From Octopus sinensis (lineage: Eukaryota), in assembly GCF_006345805.1 (NCBI RefSeq), contig NC_043001.1:99076001-99140000 (forward strand): DNA of 64,000 bases, read 5' to 3'. Both the position numbers and the translations under genes were made by a program. The notes under the pieces are model-generated. The model saw only the letters and a program-made list of their open reading frames with translations. It made no database searches and was not told the origin of the DNA. Positions 63,731 through 64,000 of this stretch are shown in pieces (the first letter of the stretch is position 1; each line of letters opens with the position of its first letter).

Positions 63731-64000
63731 TTTACTCACTTGTATTTGGTACTCATTGTTAAAAGAATTTCCACTAGTTCTCCTCTGCAAATTAGGTGTT
63801 AAGGTGGGATTATTATAATTACAATTAATATTAATGTTAGGTGAAAGCCTAGCTATATTATCAGAGCTGGAGTTTGTTGTTCAGAAAGAGTATCATTACA
63901 GTTAATTTCATTATACACAATATCTGTTCTACTTTTATTTATAGATTTAGAATTTAGATATTCCTTAATTCTCTCTTTGTGTGCTACTTTAATCTCAGCT

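Overview
AT-rich, microsatellite- and transposon-dense animal DNA. The tRNA-derived SINE families and the RTE tail modules suggest an octopus genome (inferred from recall, not tested). Most entries in the ORF track are artefacts of microsatellites or repeats. One host coding exon is clear: the first coding exon of mitochondrial ferredoxin/adrenodoxin reductase (FDXR, 60547-60690 +). A few more candidate exons (one of 150 nt and some microexons) lie upstream. The rest is mobile DNA: several SINE families; RTE, R4/Dong-type and Tx1/L1-type LINE remnants; two Penelope-like element (PLE) remnants; hAT elements with 8-bp TSDs; Tc1/mariner elements, one with DD36E spacing; and MITEs. The most notable unannotated signal is a set of minimal type I hammerhead ribozymes (HHRs). 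Two unrelated ~355-nt tandem arrays carry one HHR per unit and resemble retrozymes; one of them has a compensated U3:A8 core in both copies. Several solo HHRs also occur, and long fold-back inverted repeats cluster in the FDXR intron.
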